Source: Selaginella moellendorffii
Lineage: Eukaryota; Plantae; Lycopodiophyta
Direction of reading: 5' to 3'
DNA length: 64,000 bases
Assembly: GCF_000143415.4 (NCBI RefSeq)
Contig: NW_003314287.1
Coordinates: 642,203-706,202, forward strand
The notes beneath the pieces are model-generated. The model did no database searches, had not been told where the DNA came from, and was given only the letters and a program-made list of their open reading frames with translations. This document shows positions 11,868 through 24,370 of the stretch, piece after piece (the first letter of the stretch is position 1; each line of letters starts with the position of its first letter). Made by a program: the position numbers and the translations under genes.

Positions 11868-13758
11868 CTAAGCCGGTGACAAGAGGATTCGCCTCACAAG
11901 ACAAGGAGACCTCGACTTTAAGCTCCGCTGGTCTCGAATGCGGCTGGAGCGTCGAACTGGAGTGAGCGTAACGAGCTCCTTGTTTGATCCCTGGATAAAG
12001 AAAAGTCCATCTTGAGCTCGAAAAGAAAAGGGAGCATACCTCGTTGACGACGATGCGCTTGTAAGCCGTGAAGCTACCGTACGCGGAGGAGCCTTTCTCC
12101 GAGGGGAGGATATCATCGATCAACGCCTTCGTGGGAGGAGTCGCTGCTGTTGGACGCGGACTTCGCGCCAGCAGTGGCTGTGTTCTAGAAATGCTGCCGG
12201 TGCGCGATCGATGGCAATATACACGGAAGAAGACGTGAGCAACCACGAGGACGATCGCCACTACCAAGGAGAGCTGGGAAGCTGGCGTCGTCGACCGCGG
12301 TAGGAGCTCGCCTTTGGCCAGCAAGCGAGGAAAATACATCTGTAAGTCGTCGACGTTCTCGAGCTCCGGAAGCTCGTCACCAACACTGGACAAGCTCTCG
12401 CCGCTGTGAACTTCTGTATGATCACGTACATCAACGTCGTCGTCACTTGATTGCTCTCCTTGAACTCCTGACGGTTCTTTTTCTGCTTCTTCTTCGGCCT
12501 TTGTGAACTCCAAAGACCCGCCGGCCAAGATGCTTCCCACGTCATGATAAAACTCGACGTCTTCGTGTTCCATCAGCTCCAAGTATCTCTGCTGGACGTC
12601 TCGCTCGGACCCGTACATGATCGCCATGAGCAGCGCATCCAGCTCCAAGGAATCCGTCGAGAATAGACTGAGACCTGTGCTCTGATTGCGAAAGCTCTCG
12701 CTCACATCGTAGTCAGGAGACCATTCCCAGTCGTCGAAGTCAGCGAAGTCTCTTGTCACCGTGTCTTCAAGATGCTTAGTCCAAGTGAACTTCTGCCTCA
12801 AGGTGGAGACACTGCTTTCGCTCGCGATGTCTGTATCCGCTATCATCAACGTTATACCGATTGCTACAAAACTTCCCAGCAGCAGCATGAATGACGCTGC
12901 TCTCAAAGTCGTGCAGAATAATGGCGCTTCCTCCTGTTTAGTCGCTGCCATTTCACCATCTTCCTTCCCTTCTATGGCCCTCGGTGACTGATCATCGCCT
13001 AGCTTTCCATCCTGGAAATGGTCGCTCAAACTTTGCTGCTGTTCTGTAGAGCTCAGAACCTCGGTAGCAACATCGTCGACGTGAAACGAACGCTTTTCGT
13101 TGCTGAGACAATCCTCTTCTTCGTTGTCCGCGGACAAAACACTTGCATCACCCGCTGCGTTTTGTTCTCGAGAATTGAGAGACTCGATGGCACTCTCCAG
13201 AGTCTCACCTTCTTTAAGCTCGAGACTGCTGAGAAACTCGAGACGCCAGTCCGGGCGGTACCTCAAAAACTTCGGTCGGGGAGTCCGCAAGTTCACCTTC
13301 GGATCATACCTATGGCCACCTTCCACAGAACCACTCGAGCTCTCCGATCCATTCGGCGACATGGGTGGAGAGAGAGTAAACCGCGAAGTTGGGCTTGGAG
13401 GAGACGTCGACAGCGACGACAAGCTCTCGTCGCTGCTATCAGCACTGTTTCTCTCGGAGGAGAACGATAATGCTCTGATAGCCTTTGGTGGCTCCTCCTC
13501 CACAGCACACCAGTCCTGTTCCTGGTAGCAATTACTTTCCCCAAGGATCCTCTTGGAGCTGGTCTTAGTCGTGGAATTCCAGACCTTGAATTTTCCTCCA
13601 CTATCCACAGTCGCATTCTCTTTGAACGATAAGTCAAGGTCGCCGATGATAGCTGTGAAGGCAAAGTCAGGGCTAGAGCCAAGAATTTCCCGAGCTAGAA
13701 AGAATGGACTCACCGGGCGGATTATCGGCCGGGGAGCTCTTAAAGAGCGGATTTTCAT
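11868..13758 (-). CDS. Plant membrane protein of unknown function (resembles the Arabidopsis At1g16630/At2g16270 family); exons 13758-12040 and 11990-11868, ~613 aa
   Basis: YDPKVNLRTPRPKFLRYRP motif, two hydrophobic segments, YGSFTAYKRI, and after a 49-nt GT-AG intron TPVRRSSRIR; family assignment is from recalled motifs. Confidence 0.75.
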
Positions 13759-14210
13759 GGTAGCGCCTCAGCCTGGCGCCGAATGGAGACTCCTTGTCGA
13801 TTGTAGCAGACATCTCTGCTGCTCGGAGGAATGGAGGAAGAAGATTCTCACCGCAGCCGAGACAAGAACAAAATCGCAAGAAGGAAAACCTGGGAATCGA
13901 TCGAATCGGTCGTAAGAATCGTGTCCAAGGAGCGCCTTTGTCGCCTTCCCTGTCCCAAACGCTGAAAGAGCAATAGCCCTCGAATTTAGAATATTCTATA
14001 CAACGGTCAAATGAATCTGGGCCGTCCAAATCTGGACGGACCTAAAGCGACGTAAATAAACCGAGTTTTAAACCTCAGCTTTTATCTTCTTCCCAGATCT
14101 TCCCCTCCCACAAAATGGGAAGAACAGCAAAATTATACCATAGAGTTTGTTTGATGGCTGGATTGCCAAGTTATTCCTCGCTGCCTCTTTAACGATGAAA
14201 ATTGGAGATC

Positions 14211-17200
14211 TCACTGCTGTTGCTGCTGCTGCTGCTGCTGCTTTAATTTATTCTTCTTCTTCTTGCTCGTCTCTAGACTCAATCCTTCGCCCAGTCCCAC
14301 TGGAGTGCTCTTCCGGTTATCAAAATTTGAGCTCGCTTGATCGCTAGTAGAAGTTGCTGCTGGTAGCGATGCTGCTGGTGCTGCTGGTGCTGCTGCTAAT
14401 GATGGTGTTGAGTTCTTCGAGTTTGAAGAGCCCTTGCCGTTGTTAAAGAGACTGATAAGGTCGCTGAGAGTGGGATCACCTGGATTTACGCTGGACGACG
14501 AGGACGAGGAGCGTACGTTGAGGCCTTTCGCGACTGCCTTCTTGCGAACTTCCGCCGCTGCCCGAGCGCCACGCTCGTCCATTCCTCTTGTTCTCGGGAG
14601 CGTTTCTCCCAGGAGGGCCGCAGCCGCCACGGCTTTGTTTATCCCACGCCCCGCGCCACCGCCGGCTGCTTGGAAAACTTGGACCAAGTCGGCCCTCGCC
14701 TGGTTTTCAAACAATCTGTTAGCAGGAAAGTCAACGATAACAATGCAGTCTACCTTCAAAGCTTCTGACTTTTGCGACGCTACCATGGTCGCAGCCTGAC
14801 CTCTTTGCTTTTGAGCATGAGCCTGAAGAAAACGGTTGGTATACTCGTATAACTTAGGCAGAAAACCAACCTGCAATTCGCGGACTTGAAACGTTCTCAT
14901 CCAGTTTGCTGACTCCTTCGTTCGGGGATCATCTTCACCCAGCTGTTTAGACAGTATGTCGTGTGTACTCTTTTCATGCTGCAAGATTTCACGATTTGAA
15001 GTCAGGCATTCCAACTTCACGAAAGTCGATGAAAACAATACCTGTAGTGATAGCTTGTAGGCACCCATGAAATTAAAGGCCACGGCCAAAGCATGATAGC
15101 AAACTGCAGTCTGGATGTGATTACTTCCCAAAAGGCGCTCATTTTTCTTGAGCGCCTCTTGGAGGTACCTCAACGCAACGTGCATGTTGCTTAGCTCTTG
15201 GTACATAACAGCAATATTGATAAAGGTAGCTGCAACGTCCGGATGATCACATCCACACGAAATATTAAGCAGCAGAAGCGTCCGGGCCATGTGTCTTAAC
15301 GCCGAATCGGTCTGGTTCAGTCCATGATAAAACAACGCCATGTTGCCATAGCTGTAAAAAGATAGACAACAACAAGGCACAATCAAAAGAAAGGTTTTTA
15401 AGAGAAAAAGTCATACCTGTGTGCAGTATCTGGATGATCACAGCCAAGGCAACGCTCATTAATTATGAGCTCTTTATGTTGTTGCATAATCGCTCCTCCC
15501 ATGTCACCGGTATGATATAGAACCATCGCCAAATACCTGAGTGTGCCGCAGAATGAAAAAAAATACAGAAAAAAAACATTGCATCAATACCTGCAACAAT
15601 TTGCCACCTCCCTATGCATTGGGCCAGAAACCTGCATCGATTAAGAGAATGAGATCTCGTTAAAGAGAAAGAAGAAAGAACACCTGTTGCAAGATGAAGA
15701 AAGCCTCGGAGAAATGCTCGTATGCCTCGGGAACTTTGCCCTGATACGCACGCAGTAAGTCAATCCTCTAGATGCGCAACTTAGCTTACTTGGGCAAACA
15801 GAAGCTTGCCATTCTCCATAAGCTCTTGAGCATCTGCGCAAACTGGAGCAGCGTGTTTCACGACCGCCTGGAGGTCGAGTATGTCCATTTGTTCAAATGG
15901 GGTGGCTGACTCAAGATTATACGCCCTTGCAGCCAAAGTTATTCCAACCTGAAGTCGCCATTAAGACAATTGTGCAAAAATTAGAAGGTGTTACCTTTAG
16001 GCAGATATTCCTAACAGCTGAAATCTTGCGAATGATGGCTTTGAAGTCATCTGCAAAATCAAACTGCAGGGCGGTAGAAATAAATACATGAAAAAACTAA
16101 CACAAATAGAAAGCTTCACCTGGTATTTAAAGTGAACGCTCTCCTTGATATCGATCCATACAAGCTCGGAAGTGATACACGCATAAAATGGCTGCTTGTT
16201 GGCCTGCAGGCTACTGTAAGCAACGAACACATCCATTCCATACATTTACCTCGTCAGAGACAACAGCATTGGGTGATGAATGACCACCTTTCTTCTTCTT
16301 TCCCGGGGACGTCTTTGTTGGAGTTACCTTCGGACTGGCAGATTGCACACTACCGAAGAGACAGTTCAGAAAATGAGCAACGCATCCTCCAACATCCTGG
16401 TCAAGTGTTTCTCTTAGAATACCCTGCACATAGCCAAGATAAGCGCATTATGAACCAGCTTCGCATAAAAACTGCTTGAACAGAACCTTTAAAACGTGTT
16501 TCGCTGACCGAACAACCATTTCGACAACGCAAAGCTCGTATATATGTGGCATATGGTTCGCTAGCTGAGCCACCTAGAAGAATGCAGCAAAACAGAGGTC
16601 AAAACAGAACTTTCAAATAATAAAATCCGAGTACCTTGCCAAGGTATCTAATATTGATGCCATGGGCGTGTAATGCTTCTGTTAAAGTTTGCCCATCCAT
16701 AGGTGAAACTTCCAGGCTACTAAGGTCCTGAATAAATTTCTTGAGTACGACGTTCGTTAAGTAATCCCCAGCTTTTCTAACTAACTCTTCATCCGCAGCT
16801 TTTTCCTGGAACACGGAGAACCATTATGACAACCTAGGAGAACTGAGACGACAGGATCTACCTCGGGCTCTCCGGCAACAGTGAAATCCGTAAAGACGTT
16901 AGGATTAAACAAAATCGTTGGGATGCTTTTATCATCCCTCTCCGTTTGTGACTCGGCCTACAAAGCATTTCACGTCAGTGTTGAAATATATTACGAGATC
17001 GTATACCTGACAAAATGCAGCGATTAGCTCAGGTCTCAAAACGGATAGACGAGATCCTGGTCCAGTGTAGTTTACATCCCTTGGAAACGTCCTCATCAAA
17101 TCAAGTATGTAGTATCTGCCCAACGGAAAGGAACGTTCGTTACTACGGGGTTTTAACTCAGACTAACCAGCACCTATTATCACTTCCGACGATTCCCTTG

Positions 17201-19794
17201 CACTCAACGGGTGCACACAACTTCACTTTTCCACCAGATCCATCCAGCACTTCGTGCTCTTTGATGTGCAGTAGCTTTCCAGCTTCAACAACCTGACAAC
17301 TTAGAGTTTAGAGGGTGATAGGAAAGCAAAAGAGAAAAGAACCTTCGTATGAAACTTCTCGTTCCACGAAATCTTTTTGCCGTTATCCAGGGAGCCATAC
17401 AACAACGATTCGGATTTATCCCCTTGAAGAATACCAGGAATTATACTCTGAAAGGGAGGGAAACGTGAAGCGATCATAAATTCTACATAACTGAAACGTA
17501 CCTGAGCAACTACCCGATGCCCTCTGTAATCGACTATAGCCATTGCAAGCGTATACAACCCCGCGACATCAGCATTGTTATACGCTTTTGTGCCTTTCAA
17601 GTCATTGTTGGCAGACGAATATGTAGCCTGCTCTCCCTCCATAGCATTAGTTGGGTCATCCTTCACTTCTGCAGAGTTTTTCTTCTCGCCTATAGATTGA
17701 TCACGTTCGGTGTTCAAAGACGGTTCTATTGACTCTGCAAGCTTCGGCTCCTTTTCTGGTTGTTTCTCTTCTGGTTGTTTGTCATCTGGCTGTTTCTCAC
17801 AGTCCGTCGTGTTTTGAGCTTCTTGCTCTCTATTTTGCTGCATGAGGAGAAAATCTCCATCAAGAGCAAAACTAAAAAAAATATTGTTGTGCACGTACCT
17901 ATGGTAACAAGAACAATTAGCAAATAAGACACAAAACTTATCTTACATTTGAAAGCGATCTGGATCCGTGGGGTTAATAGGAGGAATGCATCGACCTATG
18001 ACCGCCTTCGCGCCCTTGATCGCAGCATCTACAAAATCACAATTGACTTTGTATAGTGCTCTATCTCGCATCAGCCTGTATAAAAAAGCTTTTAACCTGT
18101 TAAGTAGAAAGAAGAGAAATAAAAACATCTATACCTGTCCTGAGGAGTTTCTCGAGGGAAGTCCCTGCATGACTGAAGCTCTTCGTTCCAGTCCCTTTGT
18201 AAGCCAAATACCTCGGATCCATAGGACGACATTAGAGCGTCCTCAGCCCGTGAAATGTCTCTTTTGTGTGCTAAGAACACGAATTAAAAAATAAGGCTCA
18301 ATTAGCAGGAGTAAAGTTAAGACTTACGCGAGGGGGGATAACTCCCTAGCCAATGATTCGGCGGGTGTAACACCGGAACGTTTTCAAAAGGGTGGCCTGC
18401 TCCCTTCCGCTTCAAAACCTCTGAAAAACCTGTAAAACCATTTCATTTAGATAAGAAAAATTGAAGGAATAAAATTAAAAAACTCAACCTTTTGTAAAAG
18501 CAGGACTCAGCTGGTGAAGAAGTCCCACAAGCGTGGTCCCGTCGTGCCCAGCTTTCAAGGGGTGTGGGTTCAGAACATCGCTCTTACTAGAGTTCACAAA
18601 AAACCCCTGGCAGTGAGCCGTCACGCAGTAATTCTTTCCTTCCAATGTCGAGATATCCAGATATAGTAGATCTCCAACAAGCCTTTAAGCAAACGTCCAT
18701 CACCAAGACAACATTATAACCAGGCTTACCTTCGGTAACCAGGAACCGGGTTAAACGAGGAAAAAGAAATACTTTGGATGCATTTGACATCGGGTACGTC
18801 GGGACTAGAAACCAAATCTTTCAGCATCTTGCTAGGCTCGTCCATGAGTCCCAGCGCTTCCAGCTCGGTAATCTCTTGTCTGACTGTGGTAAGAAACTAT
18901 GAGATAAAACAAAATGGTACTTATGGAGAAATAAAATACCTTCTTTTTCTTTCTCGTTTTTCGTCTTCTCTGCGCAAGCTAAGAACGATTAGTAAGAGTA
19001 CTTAAAGGTTTGACACTTCACGAACCAGAAGCTTCCTGTTTCCTTTCGAACTCCATGGCCAATGCAGTTGACACAGAAAAGTAGATGTTTGATGTCGAAA
19101 TCAGATCGCGTGTACGACGTACATGGACTCTCACAGACCTATCATCGTACGCAGCTAGACAAAGGAAAGGTCGTCTTAGTCTTGGCTGAATAACAAAAAG
19201 AAAACGCACGTACCATTGACCATCTCCAGCGAGAAACCTCCAACGGTGATATCCGCTACTTCACCTATCTCTAGAAACTCGGCTAGCTGATACTTTGCCC
19301 CGTTGGGGCCATGTAGTATAAGATCGTAGCAGGTGTAGAAGCAGCTTTCAATCGAATCCAACAAAAACTGCCTCAAGTCCATTACCGAATCATTGGGACT
19401 TATCTAGAAGAAAGAAAATGGAAAGAGTTTCGTTTCCAGTTCCACAGAATGTTTAATCAAACGAATACCTGGAGTTCAATCTGTTCCCCGGCCGGGCCTT
19501 TGACTTTCACCGGGTAGAGCTTCTGCTCATCTGTATCCATCGCAAAACAAAATAATCAGCTACCAAGATATCGCAAGCACATGTTTTTCTCTCTCTCTCA
19601 CCTTCGCGTGCAGCCTTTTCACCCAGTTGCTTGTCAGCTGAAAACACCTCAGCCGATTCATCGCTGTTCTTCACACCGCCCTCGCCCTCCACAGCAACAG
19701 TTTGCGCCTCACTAGCTCTCGGAGAATGTGTCTCATTCTCCCGGGACGCTCCTTTCTTTCCTTTGTTCTTATTCGAATTTAACTTCCCAGCCAT
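14211..19794 (-). CDS. FMT: Clustered mitochondria protein (CLU/FRIENDLY), many exons, C-terminal TPRs and polyQ
   Basis: [14 protein letters not shown] start, [97 protein letters not shown]. Confidence 0.93.
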
Positions 19795-20075
19795 AAAAAA
19801 AAATCTGCGCCGGAAGAGCAAACGAAAGAAACAATGAGAAACGAAAAGGCAAAAGGAGGAGGAGCAGTGAAGAGAGCCCTAATCGCGAAGAAGGAAGCAA
19901 ATGCTTACCCCCGGAAGGCGCTGGAGCAGCGCCTTCGGCCTGGCTCGCCGCCGCTCCTTCGATTACAGCTTCGGAAAAGCGCTCCCAGAAAGAAATCGAC
20001 GTCACAGAAGGCGCTGGCCGAGAAAATTTCCCCCTGGAAGCTCTCGGCTCGTAGCAGCGAGCACAATATCTGCTA

Positions 20076-20176
20076 AAACCCTAGAATGCCGGTAAATGCC
20101 CGGCCTTTACCCCGGATAAGGTTCCTCCCGGCAGGGATATTCCGTCCATGGCGGCTTAAACCCTAAACCCTAAACC
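20076..20176. promoter_or_regulatory. Telo-boxes in the divergent CLU/TIC21 promoter
   Basis: AAACCCTA near 20077 and AAACCCTAAACCCTAAACC at ~20158-20176. Confidence 0.55.
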
Positions 20177-20237
20177 ACGGTCTAAACCAAGGTTATCAAA
20201 AAACCCATTTTAGGGCTCTTGGGATCACGATCACGAA

Positions 20238-21167
20238 ATGCTGCTCCTCCATCCTTCGCATTGCGGATCCCTGCTACCGGTAAGCAATTCTTCTCTCAAA
20301 TCCTTGCGGCAGCATCGATTCCTAGGCTCGCATGCGCGCGTGGTGTTTGCCACTGCCCGGGCATCGTATGCTGCAAATTCTCCCCCTCCAGCTGCGGAGG
20401 ATCCCTCCAAAGCTGAGAAGCTTGCTCAGGTATCACAATCTCTCATCGCGCCTCACTCTTTCTCACTCTTTCTTCGCTCTTGTGTCCTTTGGAGCATAGG
20501 TCTCTAAACGCTTGGAAGTGACTGGAAGATACTTTAAGAGGCTGGGTAATCTGGGATTTTGGTCCCAGCTTGCCTGCATTGTAGTCTCGGCCGGGATTAC
20601 TGCCTTCTCGGTTTTGATCACTGGCAACGCCACCTCTCCCACGACGTTCTACTTGACTGTTGCTGGGATTGCTGCTGGATTTGTCTCCGTGTTTTGGTCC
20701 TTTGGATTCATCCGGCTTGGCACCAAGCTGCAAAGTGTGGATCCCGAGCAGGTTAGCAGCTTTTTCCTTCATTGTGAACTTACAAGCTACAGCTCTGTCA
20801 TTGTTTCAGGCACCTCCTCGCATCGAAGTAGTCGAGAACATCAAGAACGGTGTTGGCATCAACCTGTTTGGAATGGGAGCGACAATTCTGGGAATGCAGG
20901 CCACCGTCGGTGTTCTTGTCGCAAAAGCTCTAACGAGCTCGGCAGCACCGGTGCTTCAAAGACCATCTCCGAGCTACAGTCCAGTGCTAGCGCTCGATGT
21001 CTTTCTCGTGCAGGTAAGCTATAAGTATTTGGTAATCACTAACTGGCTTTCGGTCGCAGGCTTCAGCAAATGCGTTACTGTCGCACTTCTTGGGTTTGCT
21101 TTTCTCTCTAGAGCTTCTCCGATCGGTCACTTTGTCGCAGAATGCTCCTCCGCCAAAGCCTGCGTAA
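20238..21167 (+). CDS. TIC21: Chloroplast inner-envelope TIC21/PIC1 (DUF3611), 4 exons
   Basis: Transit-like N-terminus; VSKRLEVTGRYFKRLGNLGFWSQL, APPRIEVV...INLFGMGATILGMQATVGVLVAKALTSS, LALDVFLVQASANALLSHFLGL; TAA 21165-21167. Confidence 0.92.
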
Positions 21168-21275
21168 TATGATTGTGGTAGAAAAGTTGATAGCCAGATC
21201 TGGACTGGTTAATGGTATTTGCATGTTTTTTCTTTCGTCGAAGACTAAGTGGTGAATCTTACAGATAAAGAATAA

Positions 21276-23454
21276 CTAGTTGCTAGAAGTGCTGGTGCGA
21301 GAAGAGTTGACATGCCCCGACTCAGAGCTGGAGTCCGAAACTTTGGCGGTGGCCATCCTCGAGGCAATGCTTCTGACCGAGTTCACTCGTGACGGAGCAA
21401 TCGTGCTGACGCTCAATCGTGACGGAACGCTCCTGACCGAGTTGGCTCTGGAGTTGGCCATGGTCCTTCCGCCGTAGTTCCACTTGGAGGAGAAATCGCT
21501 CCTGGTTGACGCCATCTCGCCAGAGGAGTCACTGTTGTTGTCAGCTACATGGCTTCTATTGCCGTCTTCACTGTCGCATGCTTTCAGCGTTGATTCGTCG
21601 AGCCAGTTGCTACCATCCAAGGTTCGTTGTCTCGACAGTGGCACTAACTTATGGTTCTTGTCCCTCCCATTCGCTGCTCGACAGGATTGGCTGCTGTGAT
21701 CGTCCCTTGCAAAGAGTGGCTGAGTGAAGACCCACGCAGCACTCCTTTCCATCGAGAGTGGCTGATCATTGTTTGCAAACCATGCAGCAGGATCGTGCTC
21801 CTCCTCCTCCTCGTCGTCCGCGTTGTCCACTTGCAGCTCGATTGATAACGGACCCCCGAAGACTGATCTGGTTGCCGATGATGCAACCGTGATTTCAGTT
21901 GTCATGCCGACGGAGAAGTTGCTCGGCCGTGGAGCAAAGTTTGCCATGCCCTGGAAGTCTTGGACAACACACAGTGCATCGAATCTCTGCTCGCGTTCTT
22001 TCCCCCAGACGACGAGGTAGAGTCCCAGTAAGATTATGCTACCACCGACTAGGCTGCGCAAAAACTAGTTGTTTTTCTTCAGGTAGCAATGGAAGAGATT
22101 GTACCTTCCCAGGTTTAAGCTCTCCCTAAGCAAGAAGAACGCCAGGATTATGGTTATAATCGTTTCAAGAGGCTGGTAAGCTGCAACCAGCATCGGTCCT
22201 CCTTGCTTTACTCCCCAGGATTGAATTCCGAATACCATTGATCCAATAATTCCCTGTTACAAACTAATGTTTTGTAGGTAATGAAAGAAAATTTTACTTA
22301 CTCCATAGGCTATGTTGATGCCATCAGCAATGCTAAACTTTAACCACTGAGATTTATGATGTACATAAATCGCAGCAATTACAGCAACTTGTATAGTGCC
22401 GAAAAAGAATGCAAATGAAGCAAATGATATAGGTGCTGCGTATTTTTCCATAAGGAATCCCTGAAGTAAATAAATTTACGAGCTCATTGCTATAAAATTA
22501 TGATAACTTACCTGTAATGTCAGGAAGATTGAAAACGATACACAAGAAATGACAAGAAATAAAATTCCATATTGTTCGTTATTTAGCTCCAAGTGTATAA
22601 CACCCAACCTTATTGAATGGTGGGCAATAGATAAAGTTGGTATATTTCCATACGAGAAGTGACTCATCAAAAGCTCTTGACCTTTGTAAACTAAAAGTGT
22701 CATCCATCCGCATATAAGTAAGATAGTCCCGACCAACTTGACAATACCATGACTTTTCTCAATATCAACCTTCTCCATCCTGACAAAAGTAAGAATCAAC
22801 ATAAGACGAATCAAGAAACATTGCAATTCATTACCTGAAGATCAGAGCAAAAATGAAAGTGAAGGCCGGAATCACATTCCGCATGGCTGAGGCAAATATT
22901 GGTGTTGTATACTTAAGCCCTTGTAGGTAGCATAGCTCGCTTACACAAACTCTGTAAGATTGGATACAGATTTTCCTCTCTAAATTGTTTTAAATGCTAA
23001 AACGTTTACAAAACTTACCCGAAGACACCAAGGAAGAACGTTGCAAATAATGCAGGAAAATTGAGAACCGGTTTCCTCTTCCTGATAAAAAAAACAAAAA
23101 GAAATCCACTAGTGAGTAATTATGAACTTAGCAATGCAGAAAGAATTTCACAAACTTTTCCACAAAGGAGGAGAGAAATCTCAGCACCATGAAGCCAAGA
23201 CAATTTTTGTACACAGAGTAGACAATTATAGAACTGCCCTTGCCAAATCTCCGCCTGACCAAGACTTCGTAGCCTGCAAAACCTGCTTGGGCAACAATGA
23301 GAACGACATGAAATCGAAGCCGGGAAGAAGGTAATGAGATTGGTTGCTCATTATCAAAAAATCTAATGCTATTAGCAGTAGCTGCAGGTGGAAGAGGTAA
23401 TGGAACATGTATCTCTTCTGAATCGATAGCAAAATCAGCTTTCTTCTCCTCCAT
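21276..23454 (-). CDS. WAT1-related / UMAMIT (MtN21, EamA) transporter with a long C-terminal tail
   Basis: GLKYTTPIFASAMRNVIPAFTFIFALIFRMEKV, VKQGGPMLVAAYQPL, GSLVGGSIILLGLYLVVWGK; GT-AG introns. Confidence 0.85.
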
Positions 23455-24184
23455 AATCAAAACTTAAGCTTTTCTTGAGAATCAAAATGAGAAAAAAATG
23501 CATTAATTTAGTAGTGAGTTATTATAACCATTAGTTTATTTGGAGTTCCAAGTTTTCATTCCTCAGTTTTAAGCATATGAATATTCTGAGCCTTCAAATG
23601 AAAAGGATACTGAAAAGCCACATTCGATCACCCAAAAGAGATCTCCTGTCATAGATCATAGTGTCTCTGGTCAGGAACAAGCTCGATGGTGCTTGGCCAA
23701 ACACTGTCACCTTCTCTCGGCAGCTCTTATAGCATATAACCATTTGGAAAGGTGACAGCACTCGTGGTGTATAGCCATTTAGGCATTGTGGAATCCTCTA
23801 ATGTGGGCTTTCAAAAGATTTCCTCATCACAAATACTCACTTCTTACAATAGATTTTATGAATCCACATGTTGGTCCAATAGCTTTTGCATGTTACATAT
23901 CAGAGTTTGTTCTTTTGTTTCTCTAAAAGGAAGTGGATTCCAATAAGGTGATTAATCCCTTCTACAAATGAGGCACTAGATTAATGGGTAACCTCTTATT
24001 CTATATGTGTTGCTAATTGGTATTGGTGTTCTATGTATGTAGAAAACAAATGTCTTAACAGCCCTTGATATTAAAGCTTAACAGCAACATTAAATTAGCT
24101 AAAGAAGAACGTACTTAAAATAAATTTTTATTTAAATTTTTTTCTTATAATAAAATACTAAGAAAAATCCACAAAAGACAATAT

Positions 24185-24370
24185 TAAACTATTAGTATAG
24201 CGTAGCATGATTTCAAAAATGTTACATTATCCTTCATCCTAGTTTCAAAAAGGTGAGGAACTTCTGCTGCTATCCAAGGCCTAAGACCCAAGCAAAGCAC
24301 ATATGCAACACCAAATCTAGGACTGGCAAAGAGATACAAATTAAAATAAATCAAACAATGAAAAATCAAT
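24185..24370 (-). pseudogene. UFC1 last-exon fragment
   Basis: [24 protein letters not shown], degraded relative to 34153-34270. Confidence 0.8.

Noticed and set aside
11569-12039. C-terminal ~155 aa of the 729-aa ORF
   Set aside because: Read-through of a 49-nt intron; the spliced TPVRRSSR ending is more plausible and the acceptor is conserved in the duplicate
20158-20176. Interstitial telomere
   Set aside because: Only about 2.5 units in a promoter position, which fits a telo-box
23600-23990. Possible coding relic upstream of the WAT1 gene
   Set aside because: Fragmentary, with no motif I can recognise
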